Source: Polyangiaceae bacterium (lineage in GTDB: Bacteria > Myxococcota_A > Polyangia > Polyangiales > Polyangiaceae). Taken from it: a DNA stretch of 64,000 nt. The notes beneath the pieces are model-generated. The model did no database searches and had not been told where the DNA came from. It worked only from the letters and a program-made list of their open reading frames with translations. This document shows, piece by piece, positions 41,199 through 51,500 of the stretch (position 1 is its first letter; each line of letters starts with the position of its first letter). The DNA is taken from positions 128,001 through 192,000 of the forward strand of contig JANRKO010000047.1 of NCBI GenBank assembly GCA_033763455.1. The letters run 5' to 3'. Made by a program: the position numbers and the translations under genes.

Positions 41199-42890
41199 TC
41201 ACGCCGCCGACTCCAACACAAAGGGCCCCAGAGCCAACACTTCGAGGCGGCCATCTTGAAACGCCCGGAGCGCATCTGCTGGCGAGCAAACAATGGGTTC
41301 CTCGTGCATGTTGTAACTGGTGTTGATCAACGTGGGGATGCCGGAAAGCGCGTGATAGCGAGTGAGCACGTCGTAGAGCGACGGGTTGGTGGGCTGCCGC
41401 AAGAGCTGGGGCCGCGCCGTACCATCCACGTGTACAGCAGCGGGTGATTGACGCTTCATGAGCTCGGTACAATCAGCGGTGATCGTCATGAATTCAGCTG
41501 CGTAGCGAGCACCTCCAATGTTTTGGTAAAGAGAATCAGCGTGTTCGGCCAGGGTGATGGGAGCAAACGGCATAAATTCCGTGCGATTTAGGCGCTCATT
41601 CAACCACTTGTTCACCGAAGGCTCAGTGGCTGGATAAAGAATGGACCGATTCCCTAATGAGCGGGGCCCAAACTCCATAGCGCCGTCGAAGCGAGCCACC
41701 ACCTTGTTGCGAAACAAGTGCTCTGCAATCTCTTGCTCAACGCAGGCCGCGCGATGATACGGCAATTGCGAACTTGCAAGCGTCTTCTCTAGTTCCGATT
41801 CGGTATAGCTCGGCCCAAGGTAGACGTGATCAAGCCGCGCCGGCTCAAGGCCTTCAAGATCTGCGGTGAGTGCGAGACCCGCTCCAACCCCCACGCCATT
41901 ATCCCCCATCGCCGGGAAAATGAAGACTTGCTCAACCTCGGGGATTTCTAAGATGCGTTGATTCATCTTGACGTTAGCGAAGACGCCGCCTGCGCAAGCG
42001 ACGTGCCGAACACCCGTGCGCTTCACCCAGCGGGTAACGTACTCGACCGCTACCCGCTCCAGCACTCGCTGGTACGCAGCCGCGATATCTTCTCGCCGAT
42101 ACTTGTTAACGAGTGTGCGTTCAAAATAAGGATCTTGCCCTGATTTGAAGCGAAAATAGTCGCCGTGCGAAAAATCAAACCGTTGAAAAATTTCTTCTTC
42201 AAGGATGCTTGGGTCACCAAATGCCGCCAAACCGACGATCTTGCCCTCGTGGCGATTGGGCTTAAATCCTAGAGCCTGGGTTACGCGCCGATAGAACGTT
42301 CCAAGGGAGTGTGGGTATGGGATAGGAGCGAGGCACGTCAGCCGCCCGCCTTCGCACAGATAAAAGGACCCGGCTTGGCCGCTCCCATAGCCATCTAGCG
42401 AAACAGCCAAGCAGCGATCGAAGCCCGAGGTGTAATAAGCCGAGGCGCAGTGGGCGCGGTGGTGGTCCACATACACAAGCTTCTCGCCAAGCCCGTAACC
42501 TTTAAGCGCCGTTAAGATCTCATGTTGCCCGGACGTGTACGGCAACCATTCACTGCGCAGCAACAGGCTGCGACCATAATTGGCCAAGTGGCGAAGCTTG
42601 TGTGCGGCTGTATCGCTACCCAGCGCGACGTACGCCACGTTGGTCGCGAAAGCCGACAAGTCCCGAAGCCGCTCCTCGGATATCGGAAGAGCTGCATACG
42701 CGACGTGATCCACCTCCGACGCATTCACCCCGGCCTGCTTCATTACATACTCAAGCGCCCGGTGTGGAAACCCAGCCTGATTTTTGACGCGACTGAAGCG
42801 CTCCTCAGAGGCCGCTGCGACAAGCTTACCGTTAACAATGATGCCAACAGCGCTCTCGTGCGCAATCGGAGAAAGACCAATGACAACCAT
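41199..42890 (-). CDS. Carbamoyltransferase (NodU/CmcH family)
   Basis: HESA, EERFSRVK, HHRAH..SAY, DGYG, EGKIVGLAA, GGVFANV, EFGPRSLGNRS, FMPFAP, HVDGTARPQ, NTSYN..EPIV. Confidence 0.93.
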   Translation of the reverse strand: MVVIGLSPIAHESAVGIIVNGKLVAAASEERFSRVKNQAGFPHRALEYVMKQAGVNASEVDHVAYAALPISEERLRDLSAFATNVAYVALGSDTAAHKLRHLANYGRSLLLRSEWLPYTSGQHEILTALKGYGLGEKLVYVDHHRAHCASAYYTSGFDRCLAVSLDGYGSGQAGSFYLCEGGRLTCLAPIPYPHSLGTFYRRVTQALGFKPNRHEGKIVGLAAFGDPSILEEEIFQRFDFSHGDYFRFKSGQDPYFERTLVNKYRREDIAAAYQRVLERVAVEYVTRWVKRTGVRHVACAGGVFANVKMNQRILEIPEVEQVFIFPAMGDNGVGVGAGLALTADLEGLEPARLDHVYLGPSYTESELEKTLASSQLPYHRAACVEQEIAEHLFRNKVVARFDGAMEFGPRSLGNRSILYPATEPSVNKWLNERLNRTEFMPFAPITLAEHADSLYQNIGGARYAAEFMTITADCTELMKRQSPAAVHVDGTARPQLLRQPTNPSLYDVLTRYHALSGIPTLINTSYNMHEEPIVCSPADALRAFQDGRLEVLALGPFVLESAA

Positions 42891-42984
42891 TCAACTCCCG
42901 CTTTTCCGCTGACCCATGGGTTTGTAGCCTACCCTCATACCGAGGCGCGTCGCGTCTGTAAACCTGGCCCCACCCGAGATCAGG

Positions 42985-45612
42985 CTACGGAGTATTTAAG
43001 ACTTCGCCCATTATGGCGCGGTATTTTTCGGCGATCTCGTCTTTGCGGCGAGGATCAGCTTCGGCCTCCCGCGCCGCATTGCGGAGCGCCCGGGCGATAA
43101 CGTGAGTTGCACCCATTTGTTCGGCTGCCGAGACAACCCTAAGCCATGCGTCGACGCTCGGCTGCAACCGAGCCGCGGCTTCGTAGTGGCGCAGCGCATT
43201 CGCCGGGCGACCTCTGGAAACGAAGGTTGCTGCCACCTGGACCTCTCCCTCCGCACAGCTCGGCGCCTCCACGCAGCTGGCCGTTAGAAAAGCTGTAGCC
43301 GCGCGATCCAGACGCGTCTCATCCTCTTGTTGGCTGGCGACACTCAACCATCGGGAGTAACAGCTGAGGGAGGCAGTAGCTCCACAACCTTCCTCGAGAA
43401 TCGCAACGCCTTCTTCCGGTCGGCCGAGCGCGGCCAGCATTAAAGCGCGAACCTCTAGTGCTGCTGACTTGTGCGGTGCCAGTTCCCTCATGATCTTAGC
43501 GTCGTGCTCGATGATTCGGCGCGTGGGCTTGATATCCGCCTGCCGGACCAAGCCAGCTGATAGCTCCCCGACAAGCAGCCATGCCCGCATTTCGCGAGCA
43601 TCGTATAGCTCGGGATCGCGCGAAACTGCGTCGTTGATCAGGCGGAGCTTCTCGCGCTCAAACTTGCCCCCAGTTGATAGACGAGCTAGGTGTAGCAGCG
43701 ACAGCGCGCCGGCGGGTCCCTCGGGAACGATGCGTAGTAGCTGCGACACATCCGCGCTCCATCGCAAAGCGTGCATAGCGGCAAGGTGGGCGGCTCCAGG
43801 ATCGTATTCTGCGGCCAGCCGCAAGTGAAGAAACGCCTGCTCATTGGCGCGACGGCCGCGTAAGAGTTCAGCAACAAAGAGGTGCGCATGCGAGTCACGC
43901 GGGTCGCGCTCCAGCGCCCTTGAGGCCCATACTAGGGGAACCCCCACGTGACCCCTGCGCGCTGCCAAGCCCCCGAGGAGTGGCAAGTACGCATCCCCTG
44001 GGTGACTGACCATGGCGCCCCGGAGCTCGGCCATGAACTTTTCCACTTCTTTCGGGTCTGACCAGGCTACGGATTCGTAGGACTCACGTAACTGCTCGCG
44101 GTGGGCTTGAGCGGAAGGCCCCGCCATGGCCGTCCCGAGTAGCGACGCTGCAAAAATTCCTCCAATTGAGCTAAGCCACACGCGGTGTTTTGTACGACTC
44201 GTCACAGGTTGGATGTCTGGAGCGGCTCGTGCGGAAAGACTTCCAAGTAACGCGAAGAGGGCGATGCTCACTGCAGGCACCTCAAGCGCCAAATCAACCA
44301 TGTTGTGGAGCAACAATACAGCAACGGCGAGAGCTGCCGCGGCGGATGCAGAGCGTTCGCCAATTCGCGTGCGAGCGGGGCGAAGTATCCAGAAGACCGC
44401 GCCGACCGTACCCAATGTAACGGGAATGCCCCATTCAGCCGCCCACTGCATCAGAAAGTTCTCTGCATGAGCATAAATGAGATGCCCCCGCCCTCCGTGG
44501 TAGGGAGGAAAGGCGGTTTCAAACGCACCGCGCCCCACACCAAACCAGGCGTTATCAAGAATCAGTGCAGGGGTCCAGGACAAGAGATCAATTTTCTCGG
44601 TCCCCTCGTTCAGGAGCCGCGTAATGACACCTGGCTCTACGGAAAGCCAAAGCAGGGCGCCCCCAGCAGCAATACTCGTGAGTATTACCAAAGGGGCATC
44701 GGAGGCTCCCATCCTGCGCCGCTGGCGGGAGTAGCGAACGACCATACCCACAGAAAACGCGACTAGTCCAAGCGCCAGGCTGATGAGCCCACCACGCGAC
44801 GCAAGGAGCGCGCTCACTGCCATAACCAGCGCGCCCGAGGCCGCCAATAGCCAGCGCGGGGCCGCGCTTTCCCGGACGAGCATGCAGGCCAGCCCGCAAA
44901 ACAAGCCGAAATTTAGATACCCCGCTAGATTGTTTGCGTTAACGAACGGCGAGATGATCCCCCCACCATGTGGACGATAGAGCCCGTAGACAATCTCGGC
45001 GCCGACGAGCCAGTGCACAAACGTAACCGCGGCAATGATCCCAGCACTCACCGTGAGGATCAGTGGAACCACTTGACGATGACCCCGCCGCTCCACCGTA
45101 CCGGCCACCGACGCAATCAGGCCGTAAATAACCCACTTTAAACCTTCAGCGCGCGACGCACCTGGATCCAGAGACAGACTCCCCATCTGTAGCAACTCGC
45201 CGCTAAAGGGGATCAATGCTCGCCGCCACACATCCGCCACTCCCGGGCTCAGGTGAACAAGCCAGGTGATGGGCATAGGCACTGACTGAAGCAGCGAGTA
45301 CGCTGCCAATGTGAACGCCGCCAAGCTTATTGGTGCCACGCTCCAGTAGGTTGAACGCATGGCAAGGAGCGTGACTGCGAGCGCACCCAGACTCACGGCC
45401 AATAGTACAGGGCGGTGTACGCTTCCAAGTGCGAGTGCGGACCCAAGCACCACCAGCGATAAGCCCACCGCTGCGCCGCGGTCTGCATGCCTATCGACAA
45501 CGGTGAGCATCTGCTGGAGCGGCCCATACGGCTCGCCCTCGCTCGCCTGTCGCTGACGCGATCGTCGGCGGCGCCCGACGTGCTCATAGCTCGGCGTTGT
45601 GCCCGCATCCAT
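42985..45612 (-). CDS. O-antigen ligase/O-oligosaccharyltransferase-like protein fused to a TPR-like helical C-terminus
   Basis: PFVNANNLAGYL, ASRGG, WFGVGRGAF, HAENFLMQ..EWG, LHNMVD; long Ala/Leu/Arg/Glu helical-repeat tail. The start at ATG 45612 is inferred to avoid overlap with asnB. Confidence 0.75.
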   Translation of the reverse strand: MDAGTTPSYEHVGRRRRSRQRQASEGEPYGPLQQMLTVVDRHADRGAAVGLSLVVLGSALALGSVHRPVLLAVSLGALAVTLLAMRSTYWSVAPISLAAFTLAAYSLLQSVPMPITWLVHLSPGVADVWRRALIPFSGELLQMGSLSLDPGASRAEGLKWVIYGLIASVAGTVERRGHRQVVPLILTVSAGIIAAVTFVHWLVGAEIVYGLYRPHGGGIISPFVNANNLAGYLNFGLFCGLACMLVRESAAPRWLLAASGALVMAVSALLASRGGLISLALGLVAFSVGMVVRYSRQRRRMGASDAPLVILTSIAAGGALLWLSVEPGVITRLLNEGTEKIDLLSWTPALILDNAWFGVGRGAFETAFPPYHGGRGHLIYAHAENFLMQWAAEWGIPVTLGTVGAVFWILRPARTRIGERSASAAAALAVAVLLLHNMVDLALEVPAVSIALFALLGSLSARAAPDIQPVTSRTKHRVWLSSIGGIFAASLLGTAMAGPSAQAHREQLRESYESVAWSDPKEVEKFMAELRGAMVSHPGDAYLPLLGGLAARRGHVGVPLVWASRALERDPRDSHAHLFVAELLRGRRANEQAFLHLRLAAEYDPGAAHLAAMHALRWSADVSQLLRIVPEGPAGALSLLHLARLSTGGKFEREKLRLINDAVSRDPELYDAREMRAWLLVGELSAGLVRQADIKPTRRIIEHDAKIMRELAPHKSAALEVRALMLAALGRPEEGVAILEEGCGATASLSCYSRWLSVASQQEDETRLDRAATAFLTASCVEAPSCAEGEVQVAATFVSRGRPANALRHYEAAARLQPSVDAWLRVVSAAEQMGATHVIARALRNAAREAEADPRRKDEIAEKYRAIMGEVLNTP

Positions 45613-45720
45613 GAAAGTGAAAATGTATCGTACAATTCGCGCTGGGTCTGCCCCCTGCCTCGATGACCCACTGCGGCACGCTTCAGTAAGCCGGGCGAAC
45701 GAGCGGCACTTCTGCCGCTC

Positions 45721-45735
45721 GCTATTTGTGTGCCA
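45721..45735 (-). promoter_or_regulatory. Putative sigma-54 (-24/-12) promoter for the ligase-TPR gene
   Basis: The minus strand reads TGGCACACAAATAGC, i.e. GG-N10-GC with one mismatch to TGGCAC-N5-TTGC. It lies about 110 nt upstream of ATG 45612 in a divergent intergenic region. Confidence 0.35.
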
Positions 45736-45745
45736 TAACGCCGCC

Positions 45746-47734
45746 ATGTGTGGCATCGCCGGTATTCTCTGGTCTGGGCACCAGGAGCTCGGCAACTCCG
45801 TCGCAACCGTCCGCCGGATGACCGACGCGCTCAGCCACCGTGGCCCCGATGGCGCAGGTGTCTTTGCGCGCAGTGCAACCGGCGCCTTGCTTGAGAACAC
45901 AGGTACCGCCCGACCACCAACTTCCCAGCAATTGTCGGTGAAAAGTGCGGGCCAATCCCTCGCGCTTGGCCACCGTCGCCTTTCCATTATCGACCTCGAA
46001 GGGGGCGCCCAGCCCATGTCCGAAGCTAGCGGTCGCATATGGGTAACCTTCAATGGCGAAATTTATAACTATCCCGAGCTCCGCGCGCAGTTGGAGGCAG
46101 AAGGCTGCGTTTTTCGCACCCAGAGTGACACCGAATCTATCCTGCACGCGTACCAGCGTTGGGGGCATAGCTGCGTGGAGCACCTGCACGGAATGTTCGC
46201 CTTCGCGCTCTGGGACGAAGCCGATCAGAGCCTATTTCTTGCCCGTGATCGCCTGGGCATCAAGCCGCTGCTTTTCGCACACACCGCCGAAGGTTTTCTA
46301 TTTGCCTCCGAACTCAAAGGCCTACTCGCCTCTGGCTTACTCAACGCCCAGGTTCGGCCAAGTGGCATAAAACGCTTCCTCCACAATCTGTATATCCCCG
46401 CTCCCGAAGGGCCGCTTGAAGGTGTGGGGCTGCTTGAGCCCGGCCACACGCTGCTGCTCCGCAATGGGCAAGAACGCAAAGAACGTTACTGGAAGCTGGA
46501 TTTTAGCCCCGGAATTCGACGCTCTGATACGGATTGGCTTGCGGATTTTGACCGGACTCTGCGTGATGCTGTGCGCTCACACCGCCTCGCCGACGTGCCT
46601 TTGGGAGCATTCTTAAGCGGTGGCCTTGATTCAAGCGCGGTCACAGCACTTTTGTCGGCGCCAGGCCAGGCCCCCGTTCTTACAACAACAGTAGGTTTTG
46701 ACGACGTCGCGTTCGACGAATCCGAGGACGCCCAGCGAGTCGCCAACCACTTGGGCACAGACCACGCCGTAGTTCGCGTTACAAACCCCGACATTGAGGC
46801 CGCACTAGAGCGCGTATTGAGCGCTTACGACCAACCCTTCGCCGACCAATCCGCCATTGCCACGTTTCTACTCTGTCAGGGTGCGCGCCAACGCATGAAA
46901 GTAGCGTTAGCTGGTGACGGTGCTGATGAGCTACTCGCCGGATACCCGCGCCACCGGCACTACCTGGCTCTGGAAGCGTTACGCACCATAAGCGGGCCTT
47001 TGAGCGCTGCCGCGGGTAAAGTTCTTGTTGAAGCAGGTTCGCGCTTGCAGGGGCGCGGAAGGCGCGTGGCCGACCAAACCGGAGCCTTCCTGGGATCGGC
47101 GCCTCGCAAACCCGACACCACTTTCTCCTACGGCTATCTCCGCAACGCCTTCCGCGGCGGCCTCTTCGAACGTTTGGCCACTGAGGAATTTCAGCAAGAA
47201 ACCGCGGCCGTGGATCCTTGGGAACACCTGCACAGGATCGTGGCGCAATCGCACGCGCCCAACCGCATGCAGGGGCTCCTCGAAATGGAGATCCACAGCT
47301 ACTTGCCGAACGATATCCTGCACAAGGTGGACATCGCGAGCATGGCCTTTGGCTTGGAGGTTCGCGTGCCCTTTCTCGATCACCGCCTGGTGGAATTGGC
47401 CGCGAAGATGCCGCTTCATCTAAAGTGGAATGGGCGACAAACGAAGGTGGCTCTCAGGCGCAGTGTGGCAGCTTTACTGCCCAGTTCGACCTTCAAGAAA
47501 ACGAAGCAAGGTTTTCATCCGCCCATTGCCTCGTGGTTTCGAACTTCCGGGCGCACCATTGTGCAAGAAACCCTCCTTTCCCAGCGTGCGCTTGAACGTG
47601 GCTACTTTCGCCGCCACGTTCTAGAAGCCCTCATCTCAGATCACTTGAGCAGCCAGCACAACCACGGCCCTCAACTCTGGGCACTTCTTCAGCTCGAATT
47701 TTGGCACCGAAATTTCGTCGACACGCACCCGTAA
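45746..47734 (+). CDS. asnB: Asparagine synthase (glutamine-hydrolysing)-like amidotransferase 2
   Basis: MCGIAG, HRGPD, GHRRLSIIDL, FNGEIYN, FLSGGLDSS, GDGADELLAGY, LHKVDIASMA..LEVRVPFLD. Confidence 0.92.
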   Translation: MCGIAGILWSGHQELGNSVATVRRMTDALSHRGPDGAGVFARSATGALLENTGTARPPTSQQLSVKSAGQSLALGHRRLSIIDLEGGAQPMSEASGRIWVTFNGEIYNYPELRAQLEAEGCVFRTQSDTESILHAYQRWGHSCVEHLHGMFAFALWDEADQSLFLARDRLGIKPLLFAHTAEGFLFASELKGLLASGLLNAQVRPSGIKRFLHNLYIPAPEGPLEGVGLLEPGHTLLLRNGQERKERYWKLDFSPGIRRSDTDWLADFDRTLRDAVRSHRLADVPLGAFLSGGLDSSAVTALLSAPGQAPVLTTTVGFDDVAFDESEDAQRVANHLGTDHAVVRVTNPDIEAALERVLSAYDQPFADQSAIATFLLCQGARQRMKVALAGDGADELLAGYPRHRHYLALEALRTISGPLSAAAGKVLVEAGSRLQGRGRRVADQTGAFLGSAPRKPDTTFSYGYLRNAFRGGLFERLATEEFQQETAAVDPWEHLHRIVAQSHAPNRMQGLLEMEIHSYLPNDILHKVDIASMAFGLEVRVPFLDHRLVELAAKMPLHLKWNGRQTKVALRRSVAALLPSSTFKKTKQGFHPPIASWFRTSGRTIVQETLLSQRALERGYFRRHVLEALISDHLSSQHNHGPQLWALLQLEFWHRNFVDTHP

Positions 47735-47744
47735 AAACAGCGCA

Positions 47745-48509
47745 GTGAGCATGACGCGAAGCGAACCCCACTACCCCATGGCATCTTCGAACCTTTCCGA
47801 GAAACTTGAGCGAGCCAAGCAAACGTTCGCTCAACCCACCGCCTATCTCCGCCAATTCGCAGCCATAGAATTGCGCGTCCGCGCCATGCGCGAGCTACTC
47901 GGCAATTGGCGCCCGAAGAGGCTCATCGACATTGGCTGCGGGGATGCGAGGATCTCGCTCCAGTTCCTAAAGTCCGACACGCACATCACCTTGGTGGATT
48001 ACTCCCCAGGCATGCTGGAGATGGCGCGCCAACGCGTCCCGCTCGACCTCACGGGCAACGTCCGCTTTATCCATGAGTCCCTCGATGGACTCCAGCTGGA
48101 CGAAACCTTCGACACAGTTTTCGCGATCGGTGTGCTTTCGCACATCCCTGATCTCGAAGGGGCCCTCAAGCGCCTGCACCAATTCCTCAGCCCCGGTGGG
48201 CGCTGCGTGGTGCAAATCACCGATGATGCAACGATCGGCGCCCAGCTTCACGGCAAGCTGAAGCAGGTGAGAAATGTCCTCATGCGACGCGAATCGCTGG
48301 AAGTTCGGCTGATTACTGGAACGGAGTTGGAGCAGACCGCAGCTAAGGTTGGCTTAACCTTCCTCAAAGCCAAGAGCTATTGGGTCCCCCTGCCCGGCAT
48401 GGGAGCTCTGCCACCGGAACTCGTGAGCCGAGTAATGTTACGAGTGAACCGCGCCGAGCTTCTCAGGAACACAGGTCCTGAGAAGCTGTTCTTGTTTACG
48501 CGGGAGTAG
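47745..48509 (+). CDS. Class I SAM-dependent methyltransferase
   Basis: LIDIGCGD, VDYSPGML, FDTV..GVLSHI, LSPGG. Confidence 0.85.
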   Translation: MSMTRSEPHYPMASSNLSEKLERAKQTFAQPTAYLRQFAAIELRVRAMRELLGNWRPKRLIDIGCGDARISLQFLKSDTHITLVDYSPGMLEMARQRVPLDLTGNVRFIHESLDGLQLDETFDTVFAIGVLSHIPDLEGALKRLHQFLSPGGRCVVQITDDATIGAQLHGKLKQVRNVLMRRESLEVRLITGTELEQTAAKVGLTFLKAKSYWVPLPGMGALPPELVSRVMLRVNRAELLRNTGPEKLFLFTRE

Positions 48510-48518
48510 GCGTTACTT

Positions 48519-48546
48519 CGGAGAGCTGAGCGAACTCAACTCCCCG
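48519..48546. terminator. Imperfect hairpin between convergent genes (possible bidirectional terminator)
   Basis: CGG-A-GAG-C-TGAG-CGAA-CTCA-A-CTC-C-CCG in the 46-nt gap between convergent stops; no clear U-tract. Confidence 0.3.
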
Positions 48547-48555
48547 ACTGCAGTA

Positions 48556-51500
48556 TCACCAGAGGACCAGGACTTTCCCTCGATACGTCGTCGCCGCACT
48601 CCTGGTCTCACCGATGGCGATGTCGCCGTAACCGTCGCCGTTCAGATCGTTAATGGCGCCGCTCCTCGAACTGCCGCCACCGAAACCAACCGGGAGCGTG
48701 TAGGTGACGTCTGCGACACCAACGATATCCCCGCCGGCTGTCGCGGCTGACCCGCGAAGGATGTACAGCTTAGGCGGGGCAACTCCGCCTTCGGACTTGC
48801 TAGTAAAGACCACATCCGGCTCATTATTGTCCCCGATGAACGAAACCTGAGTGCTTGTCCCAGAAAATCCACCACCGACGATGACGCTACCGAACGCATC
48901 CGCTGTAAGGGTAGCTGCTGAATTGGTGAAGTGGGCGACGGTTCCCCCGAAGGGACCAACAGCGGCGTTGCCAAAAAACAGATCGGGCTTGTTGTTAGCA
49001 CCACCGACACCTACTGCTGGGTTACCAGACAGCTGTCCTACCAGGGCTAAGGTCTGGCTACCGTTCGATCCTGCCACACCTGCGGAATGCGTTGCGGCAG
49101 CTGCCGACAAGGCAGTCTTATTCGCCGTGCCTTGGAATGAGTACACCTTGTTCAGCCCAGGCGCAGAAACGATGAGATCGGCCTTATTGGGGTCGTAGAG
49201 ATTCCCTATCCCGAGAACTGCGCTACCAAAGGCCCCGCTAAGACCGAAAAAATCTTCATTCCGAACCTCGATCGCGTCCGTCCCGTAGGCCTGAGGGATG
49301 GAGAGTGTGCCCGGGTACGGCTTCTTGCCCAGGAAGATAACAGCCAACCCTTTGGCCCTGATCGAACCATTTTCGGACACGGAATTATACCGGTTCGCAC
49401 CGACTACAAAATCCGCGACACCGTCGCCGTTAAAGTCGCCTAGCCGTGCGATAGAAACACCAAAGGCGCAGCCGCTGAGCTTGCTGTCCGCAACCGTGTC
49501 GACGGACAGTACGTAGCTTGCGTCAATATTGGTGAGCGTCGTTACCGTCGCCCAGTCAATCCGGCTAAAGATGTACACCTTGTTCTCACTCGGGGAACCA
49601 ACGCCAACGTCGAGGGCTCCGTCGCCGTCTATATCCCCGAGAACTGCGACTGCTTGCCCGAACCCGTTTGGACCGGTGATCGTGACGTTCGGCGTTGACG
49701 GGTATCCGTTGGCCGAGCCCCGATAAATTTCTACGTCGTTGACAACGGAGACAGGGGTGAGCGGCCATCCCTGCGCACCCACAAGAAGGTCAGCAAACGC
49801 GTCGCCATCGATACTTGCAGATCCGTCCACTCGGCGCTCCTTCGCGTTCGTGTCGCCGTTATCCAGCAGGGTCACGTTGAATGTCGCCCGGGTTGGTCCG
49901 GCGTTTGTAATGTCACTCACGTTCCCACCGGCGTCTGCCGAAGTGATCGCGAAGTAGTAATCAGTCTCGATGAATAGGCCTGAAGCCAGTACACTCTCGC
50001 TTGCGCCTGGGGACTGTGGCAGGCCCGAAATCGCAACGGGTGTCGCCGCCAAGAATTGCGTCATGTTGGTGATTGGAGACTTGGAACGACGTAGGTCGTA
50101 GCTAGCCACCGCCGCGCCTGAATCTGCGGGTGCAAGCCAATCAACTTTCATCTTGGTGGCTCGACGCTCAAGAGCGGGAACGCTCACCGTGAGGCTTGCG
50201 ATGGCACTCGGTTTGACCGTGTCGATACTCAGCGGCGCGATGCTCGCCGACCCAACACCGAAGCTTGGAACCGATTCCGTCTGCGCCAAGAGGGTTGCAC
50301 CTTGAGCGTCAGTCAGAGTGGCAGAAGCCACGGTAGCAAAACCGCTCCCGTCCGTAGTAGCTTCCACCACCATATTGCCATTCAGCTTAAAGGTGACCTT
50401 TACCCCAGATGCTGGCACTCGGCCTGAGCCTGGGTCCGTTTCAACCTTGACCTGCAGTTGGCCCTGCCAACCTGCCGCAACATCAGTATCCGAAGCAAGG
50501 TTGAGCTTTGTCGTGCCAGGAGCTGGCGAGATCCAAGTAACAACTGGTGTATTCCCCACCGTGACGGTGCATGGTTGTGCGAGCGACCCCGTATTTCCCG
50601 ACGGCTCCACAAACACGGCTGATAAGGCATTGCTCCCGAGGGCGAACGGCAAAGAACCAAAACTCGCATTTCCTGCCCCATCAGCCGTGGTTACGTAGTC
50701 CGTCGCGCCACCATTCGTCACCTTCAAGGTTAGAGGCTGGCCGGGCGGCGACTTTAAGGTGACTGGAACCAATGCAGGCGGCGAGGGTGTATTCTCCTGT
50801 CTCGTGCAAAGGTTGTTGGGAATGTACGGCGTAACAGTGGGAACCGTTGAATCCACCCAAACTAGTGTCGCACCGCTGGTGTTCGTGGCCGTCGACGGAG
50901 CCGTGACAGCTACGCGCAGCTCGGTAGCCTTGTCGAGCGTACCGTTCGCTAGAACGCTGCTTTCCGTGAGCCTCGCGTTGGTAAAGCGGATAACATTGCC
51001 CAGGTTATTCGGGCAGCCATCAGACACCTGCGCGGGCGTAGCGGTTGCCGAGCCGATCACCGCCAGGGTGCCACCAGCTAGCCCGGAAAGAAGCTGCGCA
51101 GAACCACCCGCAGTGTCCGTGCAAGCGACCACCGTGAACTGCGCACCCAACGTGCCCCCATCGGCATCCTTCAGGGACTGCGCGGCGGTGGCCGCTAGGA
51201 TGTTCGTCGACGGATCATTGGTGACGCTCGGAGTGGGAGTGATGATCTGGACGCTTGGAAGTGTGGACGCGCATTTTACGTTCTGGAGCGTCTGAGAGAC
51301 GAGGTTCCCCGCTTCGTCCGAAAGAGTTAGGTTGAGATCAAAACCAGCACCGCCCGGGCACGTGACATTGACACAACCGCCGTTAGTACCGTTGGCTACT
51401 CCGTTGGTGGTAGCTGCCACACATGCCGGCGAACCCGTGCCCACGGCGACGCAGAAGTTATTCTGGCCAGCACCGAGCGTGGCTGCGAGATCGACTGCAT

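Noticed and set aside
45599..46053. Long N-terminal extensions of the ORF-track calls 42985..46053 (-) and 45599..47734 (+)
   Set aside because: They would overlap head-to-head by about 450 nt. AsnB needs Cys at position 2 (ATG 45746), and the ligase fits a start near 45612.
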